Assembly: GCA_963709155.1 (NCBI GenBank)
Contig: CAVPVD010000005.1
Coordinates: forward strand, 152,239 to 216,238
Direction: 5' to 3'
DNA: 64,000 nucleotides
Source of the DNA: Bryobacterales bacterium
GTDB lineage: Bacteria > Acidobacteriota > Terriglobia > Bryobacterales > Bryobacteraceae
The notes under the pieces were generated by a model. The model saw only the letters and a program-made list of their open reading frames with translations. It was not told the DNA's origin and ran no database searches. The number at the start of each line of letters is the position of its first letter. Within the stretch, counting starts at the first letter, position 1. Below are positions 9,764 through 18,957 of the stretch, piece after piece. The translations under genes and the position numbers were made by a program.

Positions 9764-10047
9764 TACGCCGTGGCTGCCCTTCGTCGCGCGCGGGACTCCG
9801 CACGCACCGGTTTGCGGCGCGCCTTCTGTGTGCCTAACTTATACTCCGTCATCTTCCGCTGCAGCGTGTTGCGATGTATCCCCAATAGCTTGCTGGCGGC
9901 GGAGCGGTTGCCGCCGGTGCGCTCCAGCGCCCTTTGGATCAGGGTCTTCTCCAGCAGTTCGACCACCTCTTCGAGAAAGAAACCATTGCCGACCAGATGC
10001 TCCACCAGCGCTTCAAACTCCTCTTTCATCTCATGCCTTTCCCGCAT
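9763..10047 (-). CDS. Fis-family helix-turn-helix DNA-binding protein.
   Basis: The C-terminal RALERTGGNRSAASKLLGIHRNTLQRKMTEYKL is a classical HTH_8/Fis motif. An alternative start at 10029 (MKEEFE) would leave a 1-nt gap after the cvpA stop. The TAATG junction joins it to gph. Confidence 0.7.
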   Translation of the reverse strand: MRERHEMKEEFEALVEHLVGNGFFLEEVVELLEKTLIQRALERTGGNRSAASKLLGIHRNTLQRKMTEYKLGTQKARRKPVRAESRARRRAATA

Positions 10048-10603
10048 CCGGCAATCCCCGAATGCCCTTTTTCAGGGCGTTACCCCAAATCGTCTTTACC
10101 TGCTCGTAGCTCTTCCGGAATCCATCTTTCAACTCGTGCGGCGCCACCGCCGCGCACACCCGCGCCGCGTCGATCACATACGGCGCCACTTTCGAATGGA
10201 CCACCGCGTTAGGCGGCGCCTTGCCCGGCGTGAACGCCAGCAGCGCCAGCACGATGGCGATCGCGATCAGCATCCCCCGCACCACCCCGAAACCCGCGCC
10301 CAGCAGCCGATCGACGAACGACAATCCCGTGATCTTCATCATCCGCCGTAGCAGCCGTCCCAGGATCGCGCCCAGGATCAGCACGCCGCAGAACACCATT
10401 AAAAAGCCGCAGAAATTTGCGATGCCCGGCGAACTCACGTAGGGCTGCAGAAACGAGCCCGCCGTACCATAAAACCAGATGGCCAGCACCAGCGCCAGCA
10501 CCATGGAGACCATCCCCACCACTTCCCGCGCCAGGCCCGTGGAAAAGCTGGTGACCACCGATCCCGCCAGCACCAGCAACAAAACCACGTCCAGCCAATT
10601 CAT
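10031..10603 (-). CDS. cvpA: CvpA family (colicin V production) membrane protein.
   Basis: MNWLDVVLLLVLAGSVVTSFSTGLAREVV followed by four TM segments, as typical for CvpA. The start at 10603 forms an ATGA overlap with the purC stop. Confidence 0.8.
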   Translation of the reverse strand: MNWLDVVLLLVLAGSVVTSFSTGLAREVVGMVSMVLALVLAIWFYGTAGSFLQPYVSSPGIANFCGFLMVFCGVLILGAILGRLLRRMMKITGLSFVDRLLGAGFGVVRGMLIAIAIVLALLAFTPGKAPPNAVVHSKVAPYVIDAARVCAAVAPHELKDGFRKSYEQVKTIWGNALKKGIRGLPDAGKA

Positions 10604-11493
10604 AGCTCCTTGCCCGTCAACACCTGGTAGGCCTGCCGGTATTTCTCGCTGGTCTTGCCGGCCACCTCTTCCGGCAGCGGCGGCGCCGGCGGCTGCTTGT
10701 CCCAATGAATGGACTCCAGGTAGTCGCGCACGTATTGTTTGTCGTACGAAAACTGCGCCCCGCCGGCCCGATAACTTTCCGCCGGCCAGAACCGCGACGA
10801 ATCCGGCGTCAGCACTTCATCGCCCAGCACCAGTTCGCCGTCCACGAAGCCGAACTCGAACTTCGTATCGGCGATGATCACGCCCTTGGTCTCCGCATAA
10901 GCCGCCGCGCGCGAATAGATCTGCAGCGTCAGGTCCCGCAGGCGCCCGCCCAGTTCCGCGCCCACCATCGCGCACATCTTCTCGAACGAGATGTTCTCGT
11001 CGTGGCCGCTGGTGGCCTTGGTGGACGGCGTGAAGATCGGCGCCGGCAAGCGGTCGCTCTCGCGCAGCCCGGCCGGCAGCGGAATGCCGCACACGGTGCC
11101 TTGCGTCTTGTATTCTTTCCAGCCCGAGCCCGCCAGGTAGCCGCGCGCGACGCATTCGATCTCCACCATTTGCGCACGCTTCACCAGCATCGAGCGGCCT
11201 TCCAGTTGGTCGCGAAACGGCCACAGCGCCGTAGGATATTCGTCTACATTCGCCGTGAGGAAATGCGTGGGTATCACGTCGCGCAGAAAATCGAACCAGA
11301 ATATCGAAAGTTGCGTGAGTACCCTGCCTTTGTCCGGTATGCCGGTCGGCAGGATGTAGTCGAAAGCCGAAATGCGGTCGGTGGCGACGATCAGCAATCG
11401 TCCGTCCACGGAATAGACGTCGCGCACTTTACCTTGCGCGTGCTTTTCAATTCCGGGCAGTTCGGTATGGAGGATAACGGTGTCTAGCATCAC
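10600..11493 (-). CDS. purC: Phosphoribosylaminoimidazole-succinocarboxamide (SAICAR) synthase.
   Basis: GKVRDVYSVDGRLLIVATDRISAFD and ADTKFEFG motifs; 297 aa. Confidence 0.95.
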   Translation of the reverse strand: MMLDTVILHTELPGIEKHAQGKVRDVYSVDGRLLIVATDRISAFDYILPTGIPDKGRVLTQLSIFWFDFLRDVIPTHFLTANVDEYPTALWPFRDQLEGRSMLVKRAQMVEIECVARGYLAGSGWKEYKTQGTVCGIPLPAGLRESDRLPAPIFTPSTKATSGHDENISFEKMCAMVGAELGGRLRDLTLQIYSRAAAYAETKGVIIADTKFEFGFVDGELVLGDEVLTPDSSRFWPAESYRAGGAQFSYDKQYVRDYLESIHWDKQPPAPPLPEEVAGKTSEKYRQAYQVLTGKEL

Positions 11494-11528
11494 AGGTTTT
11501 CAGGGATCCAATCGGGGGAGTAACTCAA

Positions 11529-11556
11529 ATAATAACGCGACCGCGCCATTTGTCAA
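11529..11556 (-). promoter_or_regulatory. Candidate sigma-70 promoter for purC.
   Basis: The minus strand reads TTGACA (11556-11551), a 16-nt spacer, then TATTAT (11534-11529). It lies about 35 nt upstream of the purC ATG in an AT-rich gap. Confidence 0.4.
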
Positions 11557-11593
11557 ACACCTATTCTCGTAATAAACGGTGGGCAGCGTTCCA

Positions 11594-12721
11594 TTACGAG
11601 TGTACATCGCCGCCATCGTCGAACAGAGTCTGTGCCAGACCGCTGGAACTCCGCTCCCAAGCGCTGGTGCGCCAGTTGTCGAACGTGTTGGAGACCCGCA
11701 TCCAAGTGGCCGGGCTCAGGATAAATCGCTGCGCCAGCGCAAAGACATAGGGCTCGTAAAGCCGTCGCGCCTGCGCCAGCTTGGCGTCGAACTCCGCGGC
11801 GTTCGAGGGCGCGATCCCGGCCGCCGCAAGCCCCGCTTTGAATTGCTCCAGGGCGTCCGCCGCCAGGCGATCCGGCTGCGGTGCACGCGGCGGAGCATTC
11901 ACAATCTGCGCCAGGTCCACTACCGTATGCCGCGCCATGGCGAAGGTCAACCGCGCCTGCCACGGCGCCAGTCCGTCGATGCCTGCAATCACCACCGCAC
12001 AGACATCCAGGATCGTGGTCAGCGCCGCCAGCCACGATTGATTATCGTGCTGCGAACGAAAGTACGCCAGTACAGGGTACGAAATATAAGTCTCAAGCAG
12101 ATCTGCCGACCAGATCTCCCACTCCCGCAGCAGGTCATCCATGGCGGATAAACCGTGCCCCATTGCGTAGCGCCGCAGAAGCTCCGCCGCGGTGGGTGGC
12201 GATCCGGCCCGCGCATCCAGTAGCAAAATGCTGGTTTCGCGCTTGGCAAAAGATTGATACAGTACCGGCAGATAGCTGATCACCAACGCCAGAAACCCGA
12301 AGCCTGTTCCGGCCTCCAGGATCAGCACCTCCCGCGCCACGCGCGTGTGGGGCACGCCCATACCCAAAGTGATGAACGTCGTGCCGCTCAGATAAATGCA
12401 TTCATAGAAGCTCGTCCCCGGCAGCCCCGCATCCCATTGCACCAGGGCAAAGGCCAGAATCATCCCGGAGGCCCACACCATAATCAGAAATAAAAGCGAT
12501 AGCGGACCGTAAACGCTGAGATAACGCTCGCGCCGCCTGGGGGAGCGGATGCGCCGCGCGACCCACGAGCAGATCGTCCACGTGGATAAATAGAACAGCC
12601 GGCTCAGCCGCAACTTCCGCGTCACGCGCCGCGGCAGAATGATGACCTCAAAGCCGTCCCAAAGGATGATCAGCAGGACGACGGTTCCGAGAATAGCGCC
12701 GAGCACCCTCATGCCAAGCAT
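11594..12721 (-). CDS. Two-TM ion-channel-like protein (K+ channel/Ion_trans_2-like pore) with a ~230-aa cytoplasmic helical C-terminal domain.
   Basis: The layout is TM1, a pore-helix-like FYECIYLSGTTFITLGMGV, then TM2 (EAGTGFGFLALVISYLPVLY). The start is at 12721 (MLGMRVLG), forming a TAATG junction with the upstream thioesterase stop; the ORF maximum is 12955. Confidence 0.65.
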   Translation of the reverse strand: MLGMRVLGAILGTVVLLIILWDGFEVIILPRRVTRKLRLSRLFYLSTWTICSWVARRIRSPRRRERYLSVYGPLSLLFLIMVWASGMILAFALVQWDAGLPGTSFYECIYLSGTTFITLGMGVPHTRVAREVLILEAGTGFGFLALVISYLPVLYQSFAKRETSILLLDARAGSPPTAAELLRRYAMGHGLSAMDDLLREWEIWSADLLETYISYPVLAYFRSQHDNQSWLAALTTILDVCAVVIAGIDGLAPWQARLTFAMARHTVVDLAQIVNAPPRAPQPDRLAADALEQFKAGLAAAGIAPSNAAEFDAKLAQARRLYEPYVFALAQRFILSPATWMRVSNTFDNWRTSAWERSSSGLAQTLFDDGGDVHS

Positions 12722-13131
12722 TAGCCTTTGCCTGTCGCCTCCATTGATCCTACCAGAGACTTTTTCAGGGCCTCCGGCAGCGCCTGCGCCCGGCCCGGCC
12801 GTCCCACCGAGACCACCACAATCGAACCATTGGCGGCCATGACCCCGTCTTTCAGCGCGGCGAATTCCAGCGTATACGACGACGTGCCCACCCGCTTTAC
12901 CGACACGGCGATATCCAATAAGTCGTCGAAGCCCACCGCGGACCGGTACTCGCATTCCACCCGTACCCGCGGGAACCCCACATCCGGCGCGTCCCGGTAA
13001 CAGTACCCCAGAGAGCGCAGAAATTCGATTTCCGCCGCTTCGAAATAGCGCAGCATCGCGGTGAAATGGATGCGTCCGGAGGCGTCCGTATCGGGAAACG
13101 CCACCCGCACGCGGTGCAGGAATTTGGGCAT
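12721..13131 (-). CDS. Acyl-CoA thioesterase, 4HBT/YbgC-like hotdog fold.
   Basis: RVRVAFPDTDASGRIHFTAMLRYFEAAEIEFLRSLG matches the YbgC/4HBT catalytic Asp region; 136 aa. Confidence 0.8.
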   Translation of the reverse strand: MPKFLHRVRVAFPDTDASGRIHFTAMLRYFEAAEIEFLRSLGYCYRDAPDVGFPRVRVECEYRSAVGFDDLLDIAVSVKRVGTSSYTLEFAALKDGVMAANGSIVVVSVGRPGRAQALPEALKKSLVGSMEATGKG

Positions 13132-13133
13132 GG

Positions 13134-13850
13134 TTATTTTTCGGGCTTGGCGAAGGCCGCGTCCGCGACCGCTACGTTGTTCTTGATTTCAGCGAACTTG
13201 AAGATCATCGTGTTATCCGGTGCGCGCTGCTCGATGGTGAAGGGCAGCTTGACTCCATCCACGTCGCGGTAATCCCGCAACAGTATCTCGTATTGTACGA
13301 TGCCATCCTCCAGCGTGACGCGCTCGAAGTCGCGTTTCACCAGCAGCCCGCTCCCGGCATCGAAGTAAAGCTTCTCGGCGGGACCGCCGGCCGCTGTAGC
13401 CTCCACCACGTAAACCGCGCGCCCCTCCAGCTTATCGGCCCCCGCTGCCGTCATCGCCGGATACAGTTCCTTGAGCCGCACTTCCCGGTAGAAACTGTGA
13501 TCGCGCCGGGCCGCTGCCAGGTCCGCCTTGCTCATGGCATGCATGCCTGAATCGGGATTCTTTTCCCAGCCGTTGCCGCCATCCACCACCGTCTCCACCA
13601 CGCCATAACCTGGGATATCCATCGTCAGCCGAAAGCTGTCCGGCGCCTTCGCCACGATCAGCGCGGTTCCGGTCACGTTATCGTCCGGAATCTCCACTGT
13701 GCCCTTCATCGTGCGCGTGGTAACCTTCTCGTAGGCGGCTTGGCCGCCCAAAGCCTGCGCGTACTTCTCCAGAATCTGGTCTACGCTGTTCTGCGCAGGC
13801 ATTAGTGCCACCGCGGCCAGCGCCAGCAGCGAATATCGCAGGTATCTCAT
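13134..13850 (-). CDS. Hypothetical secreted protein (LolA-like/lipoprotein-sorting-like look).
   Basis: Signal peptide MRYLRYSLLALAAVALMPAQ; the mature part is beta-rich. The start is the internal ATG at 13850. Confidence 0.65.
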   Translation of the reverse strand: MRYLRYSLLALAAVALMPAQNSVDQILEKYAQALGGQAAYEKVTTRTMKGTVEIPDDNVTGTALIVAKAPDSFRLTMDIPGYGVVETVVDGGNGWEKNPDSGMHAMSKADLAAARRDHSFYREVRLKELYPAMTAAGADKLEGRAVYVVEATAAGGPAEKLYFDAGSGLLVKRDFERVTLEDGIVQYEILLRDYRDVDGVKLPFTIEQRAPDNTMIFKFAEIKNNVAVADAAFAKPEK

Positions 13851-13908
13851 GGAACCCTCCGGGGCGGCGGAGCGGAACGCGCGGCCCACAGTCTACAATA
13901 AATCTTTT

Positions 13909-15141
13909 ATGCATCTACAGGAAGTCGTCGAAGCGCAAGGCCACCTGATCGACTCCCACGTGATGGAGAACATCTTCGATAAGGTGGTCGAGCATCATGG
14001 CCGCTTCGAGGTGGAAGAATTTCGCATCGGCCGCACCAACAGCGAGCCGTCTTACCTGCGTTTGAAGGTCGAAGCTCCCTCCGGCGAGCTGATGGCGCAT
14101 CTGCTCGAAGACCTGCTGTCGCTGGGCTGCGCGGCGGTAGATTCGGGCGACGCCGCGCTGCGCGCCGTCGAGCGCGACTGCTGCGCGCCCGAAGATTTCT
14201 ACTCCACCACCAATCACCGCACTTTCGTACGCCTCAACCAGCAATGGATCGAAGTGGAAAATCAGCGGATGGACGCCCTCATCGTGGTTGCCGATGGCCG
14301 CGCCTGGTGCCGCCGGCTGCGCGATATCCGCACGGGCGATCGCGTGGTGGTGGGCATGCGCGGCATCCGCGTGGCGCCCGAATCGAAAGAGCGCGACCGC
14401 CTCGCGTTCGCCTTCATGTCCAACGGCATCTCCTCCGAGCGTCAGGTTGAAACCGCCGTACGGCAGACCGCCGCGCTCATCCGCCAGACTCTCGAGCAAA
14501 AGCTGAAAGTGGTCGTGGTGGCCGGACCGGTCGTAGTTCATACCGGCGGCGTACAAGGCCTGGCGGCGCTCATCCGCGGCGGATTTGTGCACGCGCTGCT
14601 CAGTGGCAACGCGCTGGGCGTGCACGACGCGGAAGCCGCCCTGTTCGGCACTTCGCTCGGCGTGCGGCTGGCCGATGGACGGCAGGAAGAGCACGGCCAT
14701 CGCAATCACATGCGCGCCATCAACGCGATTTATCATGCCGGAGGCGTGGCCCAGGCCGTGGCTGCCGGACGGCTTCCCAGCGGCATCCTCTACGAATGCG
14801 TGCGCGCCAAGGTGCCTTTCGTGCTCGCCGGCAGCCTGCGCGACGACGGCCCGCTGCCCGATACCATCACCGACATGAATGCCGCGCAGGACGCCTATGC
14901 CGCCCATCTAAAAGGCGCCGGACTGGTGCTTTGCCTGGGCTCCATGCTGCACTCCATCGCCACCGGCAACATGCTGCCCAGTTGGGTGAAAATCGTGTGC
15001 GTGGATATCAACCCGGCCGTAGCCACCAAGGTCAGCGATCGCGGCACCGGACAAGCCGTGGGCGTGGTGGCGGACGTAGGCATGTTCCTGGATCTGCTGG
15101 CTAAGGCGGTCGCCATTCCGGCCATCGTAACTCCATCATGA
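13909..15141 (+). CDS. TIGR00300-family protein (LOR/SDH conserved-region protein; putative ornithine cyclodeaminase-type enzyme).
   Basis: N-terminal GHLIDSHVMENIFDKVVEHHGRFEVEEFRIGRTNSEPSYLRLKV resembles the LOR/SDH N-domain. The C-terminal Rossmann-like part contains VVVVAGPVVVHTGG. The start is the ATG at 13909. Confidence 0.7.
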   Translation: MHLQEVVEAQGHLIDSHVMENIFDKVVEHHGRFEVEEFRIGRTNSEPSYLRLKVEAPSGELMAHLLEDLLSLGCAAVDSGDAALRAVERDCCAPEDFYSTTNHRTFVRLNQQWIEVENQRMDALIVVADGRAWCRRLRDIRTGDRVVVGMRGIRVAPESKERDRLAFAFMSNGISSERQVETAVRQTAALIRQTLEQKLKVVVVAGPVVVHTGGVQGLAALIRGGFVHALLSGNALGVHDAEAALFGTSLGVRLADGRQEEHGHRNHMRAINAIYHAGGVAQAVAAGRLPSGILYECVRAKVPFVLAGSLRDDGPLPDTITDMNAAQDAYAAHLKGAGLVLCLGSMLHSIATGNMLPSWVKIVCVDINPAVATKVSDRGTGQAVGVVADVGMFLDLLAKAVAIPAIVTPS

Positions 15142-15548
15142 AGCGCGCCTATACCGACGAACACGCCGCGGCCGGAGTCGCCGCGGCTCTGCCCGAAATC
15201 GAGACCTGGCCCAACCAGTTTCCGGATTACGAGATCGAAATCGTGATTCCGGAGTTCACCTCCGTGTGCCCGAAAACCGGCCTTCCGGACTTTGGCAGGC
15301 TGACCCTGCGTTATGTGCCGGACAAGAAGTGCCTGGAGCTGAAGTCGCTGAAGCTGTACCTGCTGGCGTATCGGAATCTAGGCATCTTCTACGAAAACGT
15401 GGTAAACCGCTTCTTGCGCGACGTGGTAGCCGCCGTCAAGCCGGTGAGCGCCACGGTGACCGGCGAATTCACGCCGCGCGGCGGATTGCAGTCCAAAGTC
15501 ACGGCGACTTTTTCGAAGTCGGGGAGCAAGCCACGTGGAAACCGATGA
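15138..15548 (+). CDS. queF: NADPH-dependent 7-cyano-7-deazaguanine (preQ0) reductase, type I.
   Basis: EFTSVCPKTGLPDFGRLTLRYVPDKKCLELKSLKLYL contains the QueF motif and the catalytic Cys. It forms an ATGA overlap with the upstream gene. Confidence 0.9.
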   Translation: MKRAYTDEHAAAGVAAALPEIETWPNQFPDYEIEIVIPEFTSVCPKTGLPDFGRLTLRYVPDKKCLELKSLKLYLLAYRNLGIFYENVVNRFLRDVVAAVKPVSATVTGEFTPRGGLQSKVTATFSKSGSKPRGNR

Positions 15549-16968
15549 ATTGAACGCCGTTCTGCGCGAGATCCAGGATCGTGTGCGTGCGCGCCATCCC
15601 GACGCCATGACCACCGGGGACGTTTCCCTGCCCGACCTCATGCCACTGCTGCATGCGCGCGATGCCGCGGAAGCCAAGGTGGCATCCATCGGCACCGTGA
15701 ATCCTCGCGCCGGCGGACCGCTGAACTGGTTGGCGCAGCGGGCCAAGAAAGCCATAGCCCGCGCGCTCGACTGGCATGTGCGCGAGCAGGTGGAGTTCAA
15801 TCGCAACGTGATGGCTTGCGTCCAATCCACGCTCGAAGCCCTCGAAGACACCCGCCGTACGTTGGCCGCGATTGACCACAAGTGGGGCCAGGTCGCCGCG
15901 GACGTGCGCGGCGAAGCGCGCGAACTGGATGCGCTCGTGCGCGGCGAGGTCCAGCAACTGAAGGACATTCGCGGACACTGGGCGGAGTGGCGCCAGGGCT
16001 GGGAATACAAGCTGGTGGTCAACGAGACCAAGTTGCTGCGCGGCCTCGCCGAGCTGAATGCCGCCTTCCAGCATCGCACCGGGCAAAACGAGGCGTTCAT
16101 CCGCGACCAGATCAAATTGCAGCATGCCGATTTCGAAGGCGCGCTGGACCGCTACGGCGTGGATATCCAGAAGCGCCTGTGGGCGGACCTGGAACGTATC
16201 CGCAAGGATTACGATCACCTGATTCATTCCGAGCTGCGGCTGATCCGGCAGCGCGCCGCGGCCGGCCTCCAGCCCGCTTCGCCTGCCACCCCGCAGTCCC
16301 AGTCCCAGTCCCAAGCTGCCGCCCCGGCGCCGCCCGAATTCGATTACGCACGCTTCGCCGAGCGCTTCCGCGGATCCGAAGACTATGTGAAAAAAGGCCA
16401 GCAGTTCTACCTGCCTTATTTCACCGGCCGGCGCGACGTTCTGGATATCGGCTGCGGCCGCGGCGAGTTTCTGGAGCTGCTGCGCGACGCAGGCGTCTCC
16501 GCGCGCGGTATCGACCTGAGCACGGAGTCCGTGGATGTATGCCGCCTGAAGGGTCTGCGGGCGGATGCCGCCGATCTGTTCGTCTGGCTGGCCGATCTGC
16601 CGGAGGGCTCGCTCGATGGCATTTTCAGCTCGCAGGTGGTGGAACATCTGCCGCCCGATCGCCTGCCGGACATGATCCGGCTCGCGGCATCGCGGCTTGA
16701 GCGCGACGGCGTGCTGGCCATCGAAACTCCCAATCCCGAGTGCCTGGCCATCTTCGCCAGCCACTTTTATCTGGACCCCACCCACACGCGCCCCGTACCG
16801 CATGCCTTGTTGTCGTTCTACATGGAAGAGTGCGGGCTCGGCGGGATCGAGGTGCACCGGCTCTCGCCCGCCATGGAATCCATGCCCGCCCTTGCCAGTC
16901 TGCCGCGGGACTTCCGCGAAGCCTTTTTTGGCGGTCTGGATTACGCCATTATCGGGAGGAAGCTATAG
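15535..16968 (+). CDS. Class I SAM-dependent methyltransferase with a long N-terminal coiled-coil region.
   Basis: The C-terminal VLDIGCGRGEFLELL is SAM motif I, and GIFSSQVVEHLPPD is also present. The N-terminal ~290 aa is heptad-rich. It uses a GTG start that overlaps queF by 14 nt. Confidence 0.8.
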   Translation: METDELNAVLREIQDRVRARHPDAMTTGDVSLPDLMPLLHARDAAEAKVASIGTVNPRAGGPLNWLAQRAKKAIARALDWHVREQVEFNRNVMACVQSTLEALEDTRRTLAAIDHKWGQVAADVRGEARELDALVRGEVQQLKDIRGHWAEWRQGWEYKLVVNETKLLRGLAELNAAFQHRTGQNEAFIRDQIKLQHADFEGALDRYGVDIQKRLWADLERIRKDYDHLIHSELRLIRQRAAAGLQPASPATPQSQSQSQAAAPAPPEFDYARFAERFRGSEDYVKKGQQFYLPYFTGRRDVLDIGCGRGEFLELLRDAGVSARGIDLSTESVDVCRLKGLRADAADLFVWLADLPEGSLDGIFSSQVVEHLPPDRLPDMIRLAASRLERDGVLAIETPNPECLAIFASHFYLDPTHTRPVPHALLSFYMEECGLGGIEVHRLSPAMESMPALASLPRDFREAFFGGLDYAIIGRKL

Positions 16969-17594
16969 CTCTCCCCGGTTCCCCGCGCGAAATCGAGATC
17001 AAGCTGGCGCTGCCCGATGCCGGCACGGGCCGCCGCTTGCTGCGCGCCGCCGGTTTCCGCGTATCCAAACGCCGCGTCTTTGAGGCCAATACCCTCTTCG
17101 ATACATCGCGCGGTGCGTTGCGCCGCAAAGGGCATTTGCTGCGCGTGCGGGCTGCCGGACAGCAGGGCGTTCTCACTTACAAAGGCGCCGCCTCAGACAG
17201 CAAAGATGCCGGTAAGTATAAGGATCGCGAGGAAATGGAAGTCGAGGTCTCCGATCCGCGCCGTCTCGCCGAGATATTGTCCCGCCTGGATTTCTCCCCC
17301 GCGTTTCGCTACGAAAAGTATCGCACCGAATACCATCGCGGCGGCGAAAAAGGCGTCGCCACGCTCGACGAGACGCCCATCGGAGTCTATCTGGAATTGG
17401 AAGGCGCGCCCGCGTGGATCGATCGCAATGCGCGCCGCCTGGGATTCGCGGAATCGGATTACAGTACCGCGAGTTACTACGGGCTGTACGTCGATTACTG
17501 CCGTGTGCATGGGCTGCAGCCCAGCCACATGACCTTCCCCGGCTCTACGCCTTTTTCTTCGCTCCGCCCAACCCCAGCGTCTGCATCTCGCTGA
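16965..17594 (+). CDS. CYTH-domain protein (class IV adenylate cyclase/triphosphatase, CyaB-like). The start codon is unresolved.
   Basis: REIEIKLAL is the ExExK CYTH signature, and the remainder contains LRVR....LTYKG and the EIEV-like EMEVEV. There is no ATG/GTG/TTG between the upstream stop (16966-16968) and the EIEIK strand. A strong GGGAGGA (16954-16960) precedes an in-frame ATA at 16965. The nearest canonical in-frame start is the GTG at 16830. Confidence 0.65.
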   Translation: MALPGSPREIEIKLALPDAGTGRRLLRAAGFRVSKRRVFEANTLFDTSRGALRRKGHLLRVRAAGQQGVLTYKGAASDSKDAGKYKDREEMEVEVSDPRRLAEILSRLDFSPAFRYEKYRTEYHRGGEKGVATLDETPIGVYLELEGAPAWIDRNARRLGFAESDYSTASYYGLYVDYCRVHGLQPSHMTFPGSTPFSSLRPTPASASR

Positions 17595-18957
17595 AGTCCA
17601 CCTTGCGGTGCTCGTCCATCGCCAGGTTCGACAGAATCACGGCGGTCGAATCGTTCAGCCCGAGTTCCAGGTTAGCCTTCGGCTTGTGATTCGCAGGATC
17701 CTTGCAGCAGAGGAAGAAGTCCTCCAGTTCGACGGTCACCGGGTTGCGATCCTCTTCCGGCGCCATGATGCCCTTGCTGTACAGCCAGCGCCGCGCGAAC
17801 TTGCTTTCCCGCGTCAGGAACGAGTCGTTGGCGTCCTGCGAATCCTTCGGCAGCAGCAGCGGAATTCCGCGCGATGCCGCCGCCGTGGTCATGGTGGCGC
17901 CGGCTTTGAACGTATCCTTCTTGTCCGTGGCCTTCTTCACGTCCGGGGCCGAAACCGGTTTGGGCTCGCGATACCACAACGCCGTCGCCGGATGGTTATC
18001 GTCCCCGATGGTGATTTCGATGGCTCCCGCCGTCCCCATAATTACTTCGCCGAACTCCTGCCGCTGCGCTTGCAGCAGGTCCAGATGCGAACTGGTGCTG
18101 ATAGAGCTGTACAGCAGCTTGCGCCCGTTCGGATACACGTAAATCAGTTGGATATTGTCGTAAACGTCGCGCCCGTCTTTGAACGTATCGATGCCGCCTA
18201 CTCCGATCACGTACTCGGGCGGCCCGCCGAACATCCAGTCCGCCACGTCGATCTGGTGCGAAGCCAGCTCCGCGGTGTTGCCGCCCGCGTATTCGCGGTA
18301 CATGCGCCAGTTGATCTTGCGCTCCAGCGAAGGGTCGGGCACCGGCCGCCGCTGGCTCGAATTGCGATGCCACTGGCCGCGGATGTGCGTCACGTTGCCC
18401 AGTACGCCCTGGTCGATCATCTGTTTGGCCGTCTGGTAGAACTGGCTGTAGCGCCGCTGCAGGCCCACCTGCAGTACCTGCCTGGGATGCTCGGCCACCA
18501 GCGCGCGCAAAGCGTGTACTTCCTCCGGCTTGTGTACCAGGCTCTTCTCGCAGAAGACGTGCTTGCCGGCCTGCAGGCTATCTTTGGTGATCGGAAAGTG
18601 TTCGTACAGCGGCACGGCGATCAGCACCGCGTCGATGTCTTTGCGCGCCAGCAGTTCGCGATAATCTTTGTACGGCGTCGGATTGTTACCTGCCGTGTCT
18701 ATGCCCTTTTTCAGGTTGACGTCGTAGTTGTCGCACACCGCGACGCAGCGGCCCGCGTCGGTCTCGTGCAGATGTTTCAGCAGGTAATTGCCGCGGCTTC
18801 CGGTGCCGATAAATCCGTACTGCACCTGGTCGTTGGCGGCATGTACTTTCTGGATAAAAGGCGCGCCTTGAGCGGCCGGCAGAGCGGCGGCCACTGCGGA
18901 AACGGCGCTGGCCGCCTTTACAAAATCGCGGCGGGTCACATCGTTGTCATGTGCCAT
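17545..18957 (-). CDS. Gfo/Idh/MocA-family oxidoreductase with a twin-arginine (Tat) signal.
   Basis: MAHDNDVTRRDFVKAASAVSAVAA is a Tat motif. YGFIGTGSRGNYLL is the Rossmann GxGxxG, and the EKSL-type motif CEKSL is present. Confidence 0.85.
   Translation of the reverse strand: MAHDNDVTRRDFVKAASAVSAVAAALPAAQGAPFIQKVHAANDQVQYGFIGTGSRGNYLLKHLHETDAGRCVAVCDNYDVNLKKGIDTAGNNPTPYKDYRELLARKDIDAVLIAVPLYEHFPITKDSLQAGKHVFCEKSLVHKPEEVHALRALVAEHPRQVLQVGLQRRYSQFYQTAKQMIDQGVLGNVTHIRGQWHRNSSQRRPVPDPSLERKINWRMYREYAGGNTAELASHQIDVADWMFGGPPEYVIGVGGIDTFKDGRDVYDNIQLIYVYPNGRKLLYSSISTSSHLDLLQAQRQEFGEVIMGTAGAIEITIGDDNHPATALWYREPKPVSAPDVKKATDKKDTFKAGATMTTAAASRGIPLLLPKDSQDANDSFLTRESKFARRWLYSKGIMAPEEDRNPVTVELEDFFLCCKDPANHKPKANLELGLNDSTAVILSNLAMDEHRKVDFSEMQTLGLGGAKKKA

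Noticed and set aside
13915-16857. Minus-strand ORFs 13915-14907 and 15499-16857 opposite the TIGR00300/queF/methyltransferase genes.
   Set aside because: They are antisense shadows. The plus-strand products carry clear family motifs.
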